This document shows, piece by piece, positions 9,530 to 17,977 of a stretch of 64,000 nucleotides of DNA (positions are counted from its first letter, which is position 1; each line of letters begins with the position of its first letter). Source of the stretch: an uncultured Candidatus Saccharibacteria bacterium. Lineage in GTDB: Bacteria; Patescibacteriota; Doudnabacteria; UBA920. Below the pieces are notes generated by a model, which worked only from the letters and a program-made list of their open reading frames with translations, was not told where the DNA came from and made no database searches. The stretch covers positions 613,609 through 677,608 of the forward strand of contig CAYYWQ010000001.1 of assembly GCA_964474825.1 (NCBI GenBank), read 5' to 3'. The position numbers and the translations under genes were made by a program.

Positions 9530-9946
9530 TTACCCTTGCTTCTCTTTCATTAAAAATCTGCTTTTTACCGGTAATTTATAGCTGGCCAACCTCATTGCTT
9601 CCTGAGCCTGTTCTTTAGTTACTCCGTCCATTTCAAATAAAATCTTGCCTTTTTTCACAACCGAAACAAAATGGTCAACCGCACCTTTACCGCCACCCAT
9701 TGGGCTCTCGTTACCGTGCAAGGTTACAGGCTTGTCCGCAAACACGCGGATCCAAATTTTACCGCCGCGTTGTACGTAACGGGTCATGGCTCTGCGGGCT
9801 GCCTCAATTTGGCGAGCTGTTACCCAGGAGCTTTCCAGAGCCTTTAAGGCAAACTGTCCGAATGCAATTTCCGCTCCGGCTGTTGCTTGTCCTTTAGTAT
9901 GACCGCGATGGTGCTTGCGGTGTTTAAGTTTCTTTGGAATAAACAT
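9530..9946 (-). CDS. rplP: 50S ribosomal protein L16
   Basis: 138 aa. Confidence 0.93.
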   Translation of the reverse strand: MFIPKKLKHRKHHRGHTKGQATAGAEIAFGQFALKALESSWVTARQIEAARRAMTRYVQRGGKIWIRVFADKPVTLHGNESPMGGGKGAVDHFVSVVKKGKILFEMDGVTKEQAQEAMRLASYKLPVKSRFLMKEKQG

Positions 9947-10005
9947 ATAGTAGTAAATTAGTTATTCAGAGAATTAGCGAGTTAGCTATCTAATTCTCTA
10001 ACTCT
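9947..10005 (-). repeat. family D-like intercistronic element (copy 3)
   Basis: tcagagaattagcgagttagctatctaattctctaactctc. Confidence 0.45.
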
Positions 10006-10665
10006 CTATTTCTCTGCAGTGACTTTCTTTGCCTCGAAAATATCTCCCTTATAAATCCAAACTTTAATTCCAACTGTGCCGTAAGTGGTAAATGCTGTGC
10101 TGCGGGCAAAGTCTATATTAGCTCTTAAAGTATGCAAAGGAATTTTGCCACTGGAGAGATGTTCTGTTCTGGCAATATCAGCACCATTTAGACGTCCGCC
10201 AATTGCTACTTTAGCTCCCTTGGCTCCGGCTTGAATAATCTGCTCCAAGGACTGCTTCATTAAGCGGCGGAAAGCAACACGCTTTTCCAACTGTTCGGCA
10301 ATGCCGTTGGCAATAACCTGGGCCTGTAGATTAATGTCGCGGACTTCTTCTATGTTTACTTTAAATTCTTTTTTTATACCAACTTTGGATTTAATCTTCT
10401 TTTTCAGCTCTTCAATTCCAGCGCCACCTTTGCCAATAATTAATCCGGGTTTCGTTGTTTTAATAATTACATTCAGTCCGCCGTCTCCGGTGCGTTCAAT
10501 ATCAATACGGACCAAGCCGGCCTTCTTTAACTGTTTTTCCAAATATTCCCGAATCTTCACGTCTTCCTTAAGTTGTCCTTGAAAATTACTCTTAGAAAAC
10601 CACTTGGATTTCCAGGTATCTGTAATTTTTATTCGGAATGATGTTGGATTAATCTTATGACCCAT
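10006..10665 (-). CDS. rpsC: 30S ribosomal protein S3
   Basis: 219 aa, KH domain. Confidence 0.93.
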   Translation of the reverse strand: MGHKINPTSFRIKITDTWKSKWFSKSNFQGQLKEDVKIREYLEKQLKKAGLVRIDIERTGDGGLNVIIKTTKPGLIIGKGGAGIEELKKKIKSKVGIKKEFKVNIEEVRDINLQAQVIANGIAEQLEKRVAFRRLMKQSLEQIIQAGAKGAKVAIGGRLNGADIARTEHLSSGKIPLHTLRANIDFARSTAFTTYGTVGIKVWIYKGDIFEAKKVTAEK

Positions 10666-10762
10666 AAAATATTAGTTACTCAAGTTTATAAAGTTCTTAA
10701 AGTTTGTAAAGTTGCTGCAGTCCACTTTATGAACTTTATAACTTTATAAACTTTCAACTCGT
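10666..10762 (-). repeat. family B intercistronic element (copy 2)
   Basis: near-identical to 6167-6255. Confidence 0.6.
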
Positions 10763-11335
10763 TTATTCTCCGCTCTTTCTATTAAATAGTCTTCGCTTGT
10801 TAGCCGCTTTGTTCATCTTAACCTGTTCTTCGCTCTTAAACAACTGTGGCTTTTTCGGAGTGTCGGAAACCGGCTTTATATTAGTCGCCTCTTTCTGGTC
10901 TACACTGATTTCCGGCTTCTCTTCCTTCTTGAATAAATTAAATTTGGACTTAGTCTTTCCGGCTTTTTTGCGTTCTTCCAAAACTACGTTAACGTGGGAA
11001 AGCTTTCTGCGGATAACAAACGCGCTGCCGCGGGCTCTTGGGAAATAGCGTTTTAAAACCTTGCCCATGTCTGCGGTAATGGTTTTAATATAGAGGCGAT
11101 TCTCGTCCATTGAAAAATTATTCTTGGCATTTGCCACGGCGCTGCGGAGAAGTTTAGCAACAATTGGCGCGCCTTTTTTGTTCAAATGCTGTAATTGAAT
11201 CATGGCATCGTTAACATTCATGCCTTTGAGCAAATTGGTAACCAAACGAATCTTTCTTGGAGCAAGATGAAGATCCCGGGCGCTGGCTCGTACTGTAACG
11301 GCTGATGGAGTTTTTTCGGCTAATGCTTTTTTCAT
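10763..11335 (-). CDS. rplV: 50S ribosomal protein L22 with ~75-aa basic C-terminal extension
   Basis: 190 aa; L22 core then K/E-rich tail. Confidence 0.9.
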   Translation of the reverse strand: MKKALAEKTPSAVTVRASARDLHLAPRKIRLVTNLLKGMNVNDAMIQLQHLNKKGAPIVAKLLRSAVANAKNNFSMDENRLYIKTITADMGKVLKRYFPRARGSAFVIRRKLSHVNVVLEERKKAGKTKSKFNLFKKEEKPEISVDQKEATNIKPVSDTPKKPQLFKSEEQVKMNKAANKRRLFNRKSGE

Positions 11336-11418
11336 ATTCTGGTTATGTATGAGGTAGCTTGTAGTTAGTAGCTGGTAGCCCTGCAGTTTCCTACAAGCTA
11401 CTAACTACTTCCTACTTG
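11336..11418 (-). repeat. family A intercistronic element (copy 5)
   Basis: gtagcttgtagttagtagctggtagccctgcagtttcctacaagctactaactacttcctac. Confidence 0.6.
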
Positions 11419-11751
11419 CTATTTCTTTGGTTCATCCTTTGCCGCGCTAAGCTTTGCCTTTTCGGCTTCAGCCTTGGCTGCTTCCTGTTCCTTAGCCATC
11501 TTACCACCATGTCTTATAAATTTTCGGGTTGGAGAAAATTCACCTAGCTTGTGGCCTACCATGTTTTCTGTTACGAAAACCGGTGTGTGGGCCCTGCCGT
11601 TATGCACCAAAAAAGTGAACCCAACAAATTCAGGGGCAATAGTGCAGCTGCGAGACCAGGTTTTAATTTGGTCCTTACCAGCTTTACCATTGAGCACTTT
11701 TTTAAGTACTCTCGGGTCTACGTATGGTCCTTTTTTTAGTGATCGTGACAT
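11419..11751 (-). CDS. rpsS: 30S ribosomal protein S19 (A/K/E-rich C-terminal tail)
   Basis: 110 aa. Confidence 0.92.
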   Translation of the reverse strand: MSRSLKKGPYVDPRVLKKVLNGKAGKDQIKTWSRSCTIAPEFVGFTFLVHNGRAHTPVFVTENMVGHKLGEFSPTRKFIRHGGKMAKEQEAAKAEAEKAKLSAAKDEPKK

Positions 11752-11831
11752 ATAGTTAGGTGGTAGCTGGTAGTTAGTAGCGAGTAGCCATGCAGTTTCC
11801 TACAAGCTACTGACTACTTCCTACTGACTAA
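11752..11831 (-). repeat. family A intercistronic element (copy 6)
   Basis: ggtagctggtagttagtagcgagtagccatgcagtttcctacaagctactgactacttcctactgactaatt. Confidence 0.6.
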
Positions 11832-12668
11832 TTATTTACTTCTGCGCTTTACAATGGATTTGTTAGAATACTTCTTCTTTAGTCTGGTCTTAACACCCAA
11901 AGCGTGTCTGCCCCAGGGGGTTTTAGGATATTTCATACCAATTGGGTTATGTCCTTCACCACCACCGTGAGGGTGGTCTACCGGGTTCATAACTTTACCG
12001 CGGACACTTGGTCTCCAGCCCATATGGCGGCTGCGTCCGGCTTTACCGATTCTAACATTCATCCAGTCAGCGTTGGCCAACTGGCCAATGGTTGCGGTAG
12101 CGGTATCTTTAACGCGGCGGATTTCTCCGCTCGGCATTTTAAGTAAAGCGTAGTTTGCTTCTATGGTCTGAAGTATTGCATAGGCGCCGGCGCTTCTGGC
12201 AATTTTTCCGCCGTGTCCCGGAATTAACTCAATGTCGTGAATAAAGCTACCAACAGGAATATTTTTTATAGCCAAACGATTACCGGGTAAAATTTCGGCA
12301 GTGGGACCAAACATAATAGTGTCGCCAACTTTTAAACCCTGCGGTGTTAAAATAAAACGCTTGCTGCCGTCTTTGTAAGAAATTAAAGAAATAAAAGCAG
12401 TGCGGGTTGGGTCGTACTCAATTGTTTTAACAACCGCCGGAATACCCTGTTTGTCGGAACGGGAGAAATCTACCAAACGGGTTTTACGAATGGCGCCGCC
12501 GCCCTGGTGACGAACAGTAATTTTACCGCTGTTGTTGCGGCCGGCTGGCTTGGCTTTGCTAAAAATTAAACCTTTCGGGGTTTTATGCTTTTTGCGCAAT
12601 ACCGAATAATCCGTAACCGATTGGATACGTCTTCCTGCGCTGGTTGGTTTGTAAAGTTTTACGGCCAT
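11832..12668 (-). CDS. rplB: 50S ribosomal protein L2
   Basis: 278 aa. Confidence 0.95.
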   Translation of the reverse strand: MAVKLYKPTSAGRRIQSVTDYSVLRKKHKTPKGLIFSKAKPAGRNNSGKITVRHQGGGAIRKTRLVDFSRSDKQGIPAVVKTIEYDPTRTAFISLISYKDGSKRFILTPQGLKVGDTIMFGPTAEILPGNRLAIKNIPVGSFIHDIELIPGHGGKIARSAGAYAILQTIEANYALLKMPSGEIRRVKDTATATIGQLANADWMNVRIGKAGRSRHMGWRPSVRGKVMNPVDHPHGGGEGHNPIGMKYPKTPWGRHALGVKTRLKKKYSNKSIVKRRSK

Positions 12669-12672
12669 ATTA

Positions 12673-13038
12673 TTAGACTACGTCTGTTAAACCTTCAATC
12701 TTGTCGCCTTTTTTTAAAGTAACAATTGCTTTTTTAAAATCTGACATTTTTCCGCTGGTTCTGCCGTAGTTCCTGTGTTTGCCTTCCATGCGGATAATGT
12801 TTACCTGAGTAACTTTAACTTTATAAGCATTTTCAACGGCCTTCTTAACTTCAATTTTATTGGCCGAATTCTTTACTTTAAAAACATACTTATTTAAAGA
12901 AACCAAATGGCCGGCCTTTTCGGAAATCCGGGGCTGAAGCAGTACAGCAGGAACTTTTACGCTAGACGAAGTAGCCACAGTTGCGCCTGCAACTGTTTCT
13001 TTCTTTTCGTCATCGGATTTTTTGCTAAAAATGGCCAT
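12673..13038 (-). CDS. rplW: 50S ribosomal protein L23 (N-terminal extension)
   Basis: 121 aa. Confidence 0.88.
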   Translation of the reverse strand: MAIFSKKSDDEKKETVAGATVATSSSVKVPAVLLQPRISEKAGHLVSLNKYVFKVKNSANKIEVKKAVENAYKVKVTQVNIIRMEGKHRNYGRTSGKMSDFKKAIVTLKKGDKIEGLTDVV

Positions 13039-13114
13039 GGGATTAGGGGTTAGCTGGTAGTGAGTAGCGGGTAGGCCTGCAGTTTCCTACAAGCTACTGG
13101 CTACTTCCTACAAG
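13039..13114 (-). repeat. family A intercistronic element (copy 7)
   Basis: gttagctggtagtgagtagcgggtaggcctgcagtttcctacaagctactggctacttcctacaagc. Confidence 0.6.
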
Positions 13115-13750
13115 CTATTTACTCTTTAAATAAGTTTTTTCTATAACAGCCAAAGCATCTTTTAAAACTACAATACTGTCTGCTTTTAAAACTTCTACTA
13201 AATTCAGACTGTTGGCAAAAAGTGTTGTTATTCCTTGGAGGTTCCTGGTTGCCCTGACTAACTTGTCGTCTTTCTTTGGCAAAAGCAACATTTGCTTTTT
13301 ACCGAGATCTTTAAAATTGCCAATGATCTTTACAAATTCTTTAGTCTTAGCGCCTGGAAGTTCAATTTGGTCAACAACAATAAATTTCTGTTCTTTAACT
13401 TTATCGGACAAAGACATAAACAAAGCTTTGGTCTTGGCCTTCTTGTTGATCTTTAGTTCCCAGTTCTGGTTGCTGCGGGGACCGAAAGTCACACCACCGT
13501 GGCGCCAAATTGGGGACCTGGTACTACCTGCACGGGCGCGGCCTGTACCTTTTTGCTTCCATGGTTTCTTACCGCCACCGCTTACTTCGCCGCGGGTTTT
13601 GGTGTGGGAAGTCCCTTGCCTGCTGTTGGACTGTGAAATTCTAACAGCTTCGGCCAAAAGATGCTGGGATGGCTTAACATCAAAAATCTTTGAGTTTAAC
13701 TCAATGTCGCCAATTACTTCCGCTTGCTGATTGTAAAGAGATGTCTTCAT
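13115..13750 (-). CDS. rplD: 50S ribosomal protein L4
   Basis: 211 aa. Confidence 0.93.
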   Translation of the reverse strand: MKTSLYNQQAEVIGDIELNSKIFDVKPSQHLLAEAVRISQSNSRQGTSHTKTRGEVSGGGKKPWKQKGTGRARAGSTRSPIWRHGGVTFGPRSNQNWELKINKKAKTKALFMSLSDKVKEQKFIVVDQIELPGAKTKEFVKIIGNFKDLGKKQMLLLPKKDDKLVRATRNLQGITTLFANSLNLVEVLKADSIVVLKDALAVIEKTYLKSK

Positions 13751-13825
13751 GATTGAGTGAGCAGTGGGCAGTGTTTAGTGGATAGTGTGATTACTAATCA
13801 CCACCCACTATTCACTAATCACTTT
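13751..13825 (-). repeat. intercistronic AGTG/CACT inverted k-mer array element (family E)
   Basis: agtgagcagtgggcagtgtttagtggatagtgtgatt ... aatcaccacccactattcactaatcac. Confidence 0.55.
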
Positions 13826-14491
13826 TTACTTCTTTTTCTTCTCTTCCTTAACTTCCACAATTCTTACAACTGGCTTTACTTTACCTGTAGAAATAACTTT
13901 TACTAAACCGTTCCTGTGTCCCGGGACTGCGCCTTTAAGCATTAACAAATTCTTAGCTGGGTCAACTTCCACGACCTGTAAATTCTTTACGGTAACTTGC
14001 TGTACGCCCATGTGGCCGGCCATTCTCATACCTTTTCTAACGTGCTGAGGAAAACGTTGACCAATAGAACCGACAGAGCGGGGCTTGTTGTGACCGTGGG
14101 ACATTGGAAAACCGTGGAAACCATGGCGTTTCATGGCGCCGGCAAAGCCGCGGCCTTTAGAAACTCCAATTACGTTTACCATTTCTCCAACCTGGAAACC
14201 GGACAAATCCAATTTCTTGCCGAGCTCATATTCTTTAACATCTGTTACGCGGAATTCGGTTAAAACGGAAAAATTACCTAGGTCCTTAAAATGCCCTTTT
14301 AAAGATTTAGATAATTTTTTCTTTTTGCCAATGCCAATTTGCACAGCGTTATACTTGTCTTTTCCTTCGCCGGATTTAACATGAGTTACAACCATTTGGC
14401 CGCCCTTAATAACAGTAACCGGCACGACTTCGCCGCTCTTTTCGTCAAAATACTGAGTCATATTCAGTTTATGTCCGACTAAAAAGTTCAT
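13826..14491 (-). CDS. rplC: 50S ribosomal protein L3
   Basis: 221 aa. Confidence 0.93.
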   Translation of the reverse strand: MNFLVGHKLNMTQYFDEKSGEVVPVTVIKGGQMVVTHVKSGEGKDKYNAVQIGIGKKKKLSKSLKGHFKDLGNFSVLTEFRVTDVKEYELGKKLDLSGFQVGEMVNVIGVSKGRGFAGAMKRHGFHGFPMSHGHNKPRSVGSIGQRFPQHVRKGMRMAGHMGVQQVTVKNLQVVEVDPAKNLLMLKGAVPGHRNGLVKVISTGKVKPVVRIVEVKEEKKKK

Positions 14492-14572
14492 AGTTTAGGT
14501 TGTAGCTGGTAGTAGGTAGCAGGTAGCCATGCAGTTTCCTACAAGCTACTGACTACTTCCTACTGGCTAAAT
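14492..14572 (-). repeat. family A intercistronic element (copy 8) within the 217-nt rpsJ-rplC spacer
   Basis: ttgtagctggtagtaggtagcaggtagccatgcagtttcctacaagctactgactacttcctactggctaaatt; followed by GGGCacgatttGCCC hairpin. Confidence 0.6.
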
Positions 14573-14708
14573 TAAAACGGGCACGATTTGCCCGCATCAA
14601 TAAACGAAAGAATGTCTTTCTTTTACTTATGAGAGTAAATCGTTTTCTAATTTGCTAAGCTTTGTTGCGCTATCGCGAACTAGAACTAATTCACAAAATA
14701 TTTTTTTA

Positions 14709-15032
14709 CTAACTCATTTTAATCTCTACGTCTACACCGGCCGGTAAATTCAAATTTGTAAGGGAATCTATGGTTTTTGGTGTGGCGTCTAGAATATCAA
14801 TCAACCTTTTATGCACGCGCATTTCAAACTGTTCGCGGCTGTCTTTATGAACAAAAGTACTGCGCAAAACCGTATACTTGGTTTTGTCAGTCGGTAGCGG
14901 AATGGGCCCGGAAATAGTGGCTCCGGTCCTTTTGGCAGTATCCACAATTTGTTTAGCGCTTTGATCAATTAACTTATGATCGTAAGCTCTAATTTTAATG
15001 CGGATTTTCGGCTTTGCAGAGTCCTTGTCCAT
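14709..15032 (-). CDS. rpsJ: 30S ribosomal protein S10
   Basis: 107 aa. Confidence 0.93.
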   Translation of the reverse strand: MDKDSAKPKIRIKIRAYDHKLIDQSAKQIVDTAKRTGATISGPIPLPTDKTKYTVLRSTFVHKDSREQFEMRVHKRLIDILDATPKTIDSLTNLNLPAGVDVEIKMS

Positions 15033-15122
15033 TTGTTAAAGATGCCTTAAATGCGTGCCTTATTTGGGCGATTAAATGATATTAAATCAGGCCTTTTATA
15101 TAGCCTTTTACGTACTTGCAAT

Positions 15123-15151
15123 AGTTTATACGACTTATTCAAAATTGTCAA
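15123..15151 (-). promoter_or_regulatory. candidate sigma70-type promoter of the S10 operon (TTGACA-17-TAAACT)
   Basis: minus strand TTGACA at 15151-15146, 17-nt spacer, TAAACT at 15128-15123, about 90 nt upstream of the rpsJ ATG. Confidence 0.4.
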
Positions 15152-15235
15152 GGATTTCATAGTATATTGACAAATTATATCAAAAATGTCATAGTATAAG
15201 GTAAATTTTAAGGAGGCTTTAAACTAGGAAGCATT

Positions 15236-15286
15236 GGTCATAGCAATAAGATTCTATAAATCTTATGGTTTTTTATTGCTATGACC
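15236..15286 (+). promoter_or_regulatory. perfect 14-bp inverted repeat (nested hairpin) engulfing the start codon of the lipoprotein gene
   Basis: GGTCATAGCAATAA ... TTATTGCTATGACC with inner AAGATtctataaATCTT; the ATG at 15281 lies in the right arm; strong AAGGAGG 65 nt upstream. Confidence 0.5.
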
Positions 15287-15832
15287 AACCCAAAACTGCT
15301 TGTAACAGTGATAGTTTTAGCCACCCTGATTCTCGCTTCGTGCGGGACCCAGGCTCCGGCCAACAACAAGCTCATCGCTCCAACCGAGTCCAAGCCTGTT
15401 AAATCTCAACCCACGACCACTACACCGACCCCCGCCCATACCAACATCGAGACTGACACTGCCAGCAAGCTTACGCTGGCCCAAATCGAGCCGGAGTTAG
15501 AAAGGCTGGATACACGGTTGGATGAAGAGTATGACGCCCTTAAGGGTCATCTCAAAAAGGGCAACGAGGCCGACGTCCGGAACGAACTCAACTCCGTGTT
15601 GCGAACCGAACAGAAAAGGCGGAAAGTCATCGCCCGTTACACGGAGCTGACCAAAAAGAACCATTTCCTCACATACCCCATTCTCTGGAACGATCGTCTG
15701 GATGAAGCTGGGGAGCTCACTAAGGTAGCCGTCTCGAAGTTCAGTGTTCCCGAGCTCGAGAAGTGGAAAAAGATGGCCGGTACGATACCCTCTAACCCGG
15801 ACGGGGTTGAGGTTTGGTTCACAAACCGCTAA
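15281..15832 (+). CDS. putative lipoprotein (GC-rich, foreign codon usage)
   Basis: 183 aa; signal peptide with lipobox LASCG; Pro/Thr-rich linker; codons CTC/GAG/ATC/GCC in contrast to the host AAA/TTT/ATT bias. Confidence 0.6.
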   Translation: MTNPKLLVTVIVLATLILASCGTQAPANNKLIAPTESKPVKSQPTTTTPTPAHTNIETDTASKLTLAQIEPELERLDTRLDEEYDALKGHLKKGNEADVRNELNSVLRTEQKRRKVIARYTELTKKNHFLTYPILWNDRLDEAGELTKVAVSKFSVPELEKWKKMAGTIPSNPDGVEVWFTNR

Positions 15833-15886
15833 CCTCCAGCCCTCGACAGGGCTGCGCCGGCAATATCACCGCTTCCTAGTTACTCC

Positions 15887-15928
15887 TGGAGACGAACAGA
15901 CCCCGCTTGCTGTTCGTCCCCTTTTTCC
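15887..15928 (+). terminator. rho-independent terminator after the lipoprotein gene
   Basis: GACGAACAGaccccgcttgCTGTTCGTC then CCCTTTTTC. Confidence 0.55.
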
Positions 15929-16096
15929 CGCTCACGAAAATTCGCGAGTGGAAAATTGTTAATTTATAGTTAAATCTTTCCTGGAAATGTGGGTAAAATA
16001 TTTTTTACCTATTTTCCCCTGGGAGATTTGTTTAGTCTTCGTGACCAATAAGTATCTGGTCACAAAAGCAGGGGTTTTCAATAGGGAGAATTAGAA

Positions 16097-16393
16097 TTGC
16101 CAGAACCACGTTGGCTGCTGGAAGCAGCCTTAGAAGGACTCTCTGTCGAAAGACAGAGACTCGAGCAACAGATCGCGGCTATCCGAGCGGGGGGAATCGC
16201 ACCCCCAACGGGGCCTCGGACGCATCGCCGCACAAGAAAAAAGCGGCACATGAGCGCAACAGGCAGAGCAGTAGTATCTGCCGCTCAGGCAGTGCGGTGG
16301 GCCTCTACGCCTGCAGAAAAAAAGGCGGCGAAGGCAAAACTTGCTCAGGTCCAGCAAGTTCACCAGATGAGGAAGAAAAAGGCCAGCCGTTAG
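16097..16393 (+). CDS. small basic coiled-coil protein (TTG start), GC-rich
   Basis: 98 aa, N-terminal helical LEAALEGLSVERQRLEQQIAAIRAG then Arg/Lys-rich tail; GGGAGA Shine-Dalgarno 8 nt upstream; 7-bp palindrome GTGACCA-n9-TGGTCAC at 16041-16063 upstream; other frames overlap, so the frame choice is tentative. Confidence 0.4.
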   Translation: MPEPRWLLEAALEGLSVERQRLEQQIAAIRAGGIAPPTGPRTHRRTRKKRHMSATGRAVVSAAQAVRWASTPAEKKAAKAKLAQVQQVHQMRKKKASR

Positions 16394-16451
16394 GCTGACC
16401 AAAACGGAGGAAAAATAAAACGGACGCAGATCCGTAAGCAGTTAGCTCTAT

Positions 16452-16493
16452 GCCGGCGCCCACTTGAGTGCGCCGGCAGTTTTTTTTATTTTT
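16452..16493 (+). terminator. rho-independent terminator
   Basis: GCCGGCGCccacttgagtGCGCCGGC followed by T9. Confidence 0.7.
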
Positions 16494-16550
16494 GAGTCCT
16501 TATACGTTACTGCACTAGTGCATTAGTGCAAAAGGGCTAGGTCATTATAC

Positions 16551-16586
16551 AAAAACTCCTCCCAGAGATGGGAGGAGTTTTTGATT
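16551..16586. terminator. bidirectional terminator immediately downstream of tuf
   Basis: AAAAACTCCTCCCAgagaTGGGAGGAGTTTTTG. Confidence 0.7.
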
Positions 16587-16618
16587 TTCCTAAAAGCTAA
16601 TAGCAAGCAGCTAAAAGC

Positions 16619-17806
16619 TTACTTGATAATTTTTGTGACTACGCCAGCGCCTACAGTGTGGCCGCCTTCGCGGATGGCGAATTTGCCTTTTTCTTCTAGG
16701 GCTACTGGGGTGATTAATTTGATGACTAATTTAACAGTGTCACCAGGCATAACCATTTCCTGTCCTTCTGGAAGAGTTACGTCACCAGTCACGTCGGTAG
16801 TACGAATGTAGAACTGGGGTTTGTAACCTTTAAAGAACGGGGTGTGGCGTCCGCCTTCTTCTTTGGTCAAAACATAAATTTCAGATTCAAATTCCGTGTG
16901 AGGAGTAATAGAACCCGGTTTGCACAAAACTTGTCCGCGTTCTACTTCTTCTTTTTTAGTACCACGGAGCAAAATTCCGGCGTTGTCCCCTGCCATACCG
17001 CTGTCCAACTGTTTGTTGAACATTTCAATACCGGTTACAACTGTTTTGCTTGTTGGGCGAATACCAACGATTTCAATTTCTTCGTTGATCTTAATTTGCC
17101 CGCGTTCAATTCTACCAGTGACCACGGTACCGCGGCCTTCAATAGAAAAGATATCTTCAATAGGCATTAAGAATGGCTTTTCAACTTCGCGCTTTGGGTC
17201 AGGGATAAAAGAATCCAAAGTTTCCATTAATTTCAAAATGGAAGCTTCACCCATTTCGGAAGTGTCGCCTTCCAAAGCTTTTAAGGCACTGCCACGAATA
17301 ATTGGAGTGTCTTTGCCTGGGAATTCATATTTGGTCAAAAGGTCGCGGATTTCTTCTTCTACTAAGTCCAAAAGTTCAGCGTCCTGGACCATGTCGCACT
17401 TGTTCATATAAACGACAATGTAAGGAACGCCTACCTGCTTAGCTAAAAGAATGTGTTCGCGAGTCTGGGGCATTGGGCCGTCAGCGGCGGATACAACCAA
17501 GATAGCTCCGTCCATTTGGGCGGCACCGGTAATCATGTTCTTAATATAGTCGGCGTGTCCTGGACAGTCCACGTGCGCGTAGTGGCGCTTAGCTGTTTCG
17601 TATTCTACGTGCGCGGTGTTAATTGTAATACCACGGGCTTTTTCTTCTGGGGCGTTGTCAATGCTATCATAAGCACGGGCCTTGGCGCCACCGGTCTTGC
17701 TGAGTACCGTAGTAATAGCAGCAGTCAAAGTGGTTTTACCGTGGTCAACGTGACCAATGGTTCCTACATTGACGTGCGTCTTGCTACGGTCAAATTTGTC
17801 TGCCAT
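16619..17806 (-). CDS. tuf: elongation factor Tu
   Basis: 395 aa, [18 protein letters not shown]. Confidence 0.97.
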   Translation of the reverse strand: MADKFDRSKTHVNVGTIGHVDHGKTTLTAAITTVLSKTGGAKARAYDSIDNAPEEKARGITINTAHVEYETAKRHYAHVDCPGHADYIKNMITGAAQMDGAILVVSAADGPMPQTREHILLAKQVGVPYIVVYMNKCDMVQDAELLDLVEEEIRDLLTKYEFPGKDTPIIRGSALKALEGDTSEMGEASILKLMETLDSFIPDPKREVEKPFLMPIEDIFSIEGRGTVVTGRIERGQIKINEEIEIVGIRPTSKTVVTGIEMFNKQLDSGMAGDNAGILLRGTKKEEVERGQVLCKPGSITPHTEFESEIYVLTKEEGGRHTPFFKGYKPQFYIRTTDVTGDVTLPEGQEMVMPGDTVKLVIKLITPVALEEKGKFAIREGGHTVGAGVVTKIIK

Positions 17807-17948
17807 TGTTTTGTTCCTTCTTCCCGAAAATCGGGATTAGCCCGAGACCCCCTCACCGCTGTAGCCGATCGATCTGGCCACAGTGCCGAGGGTATCTCTT
17901 TCTTTCCTTGCGGAATCCAGGGCAATTTATTTAATTATTCTAAAACTT

Positions 17949-17977
17949 ATTTTAAAGATATTTACCCATTCTGTCAA
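17949..17977 (-). promoter_or_regulatory. tuf promoter TTGACA-17-TAAAAT
   Basis: minus strand TTGACA at 17977-17972, 17-nt spacer, TAAAAT at 17954-17949; gives a ~135-nt structured GC-rich leader. Confidence 0.55.

Noticed and set aside
4709-14708. CRISPR array interpretation of the regularly spaced family A repeats
   Set aside because: The sequences between the repeats are full-length conserved ribosomal protein genes rather than spacers, repeat units vary in length, and no cas genes are present.
16111-16402. Alternative overlapping ORFs in the GC-rich island (16111-16398 plus, 16130-16402 minus)
   Set aside because: GC-rich DNA gives open frames in all phases. I kept only the frame with a plausible Shine-Dalgarno and a coiled-coil plus basic-tail architecture, and even that call is low confidence.
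16512-16525. Perfect 12-bp palindrome TGCACTAGTGCA, followed by ATTAGTGCA, downstream of the island and before the tuf terminator
   Set aside because: It is real in the sequence, but it is a single short palindrome in a non-coding junction with no second copy in the window, which is not enough to call a site.
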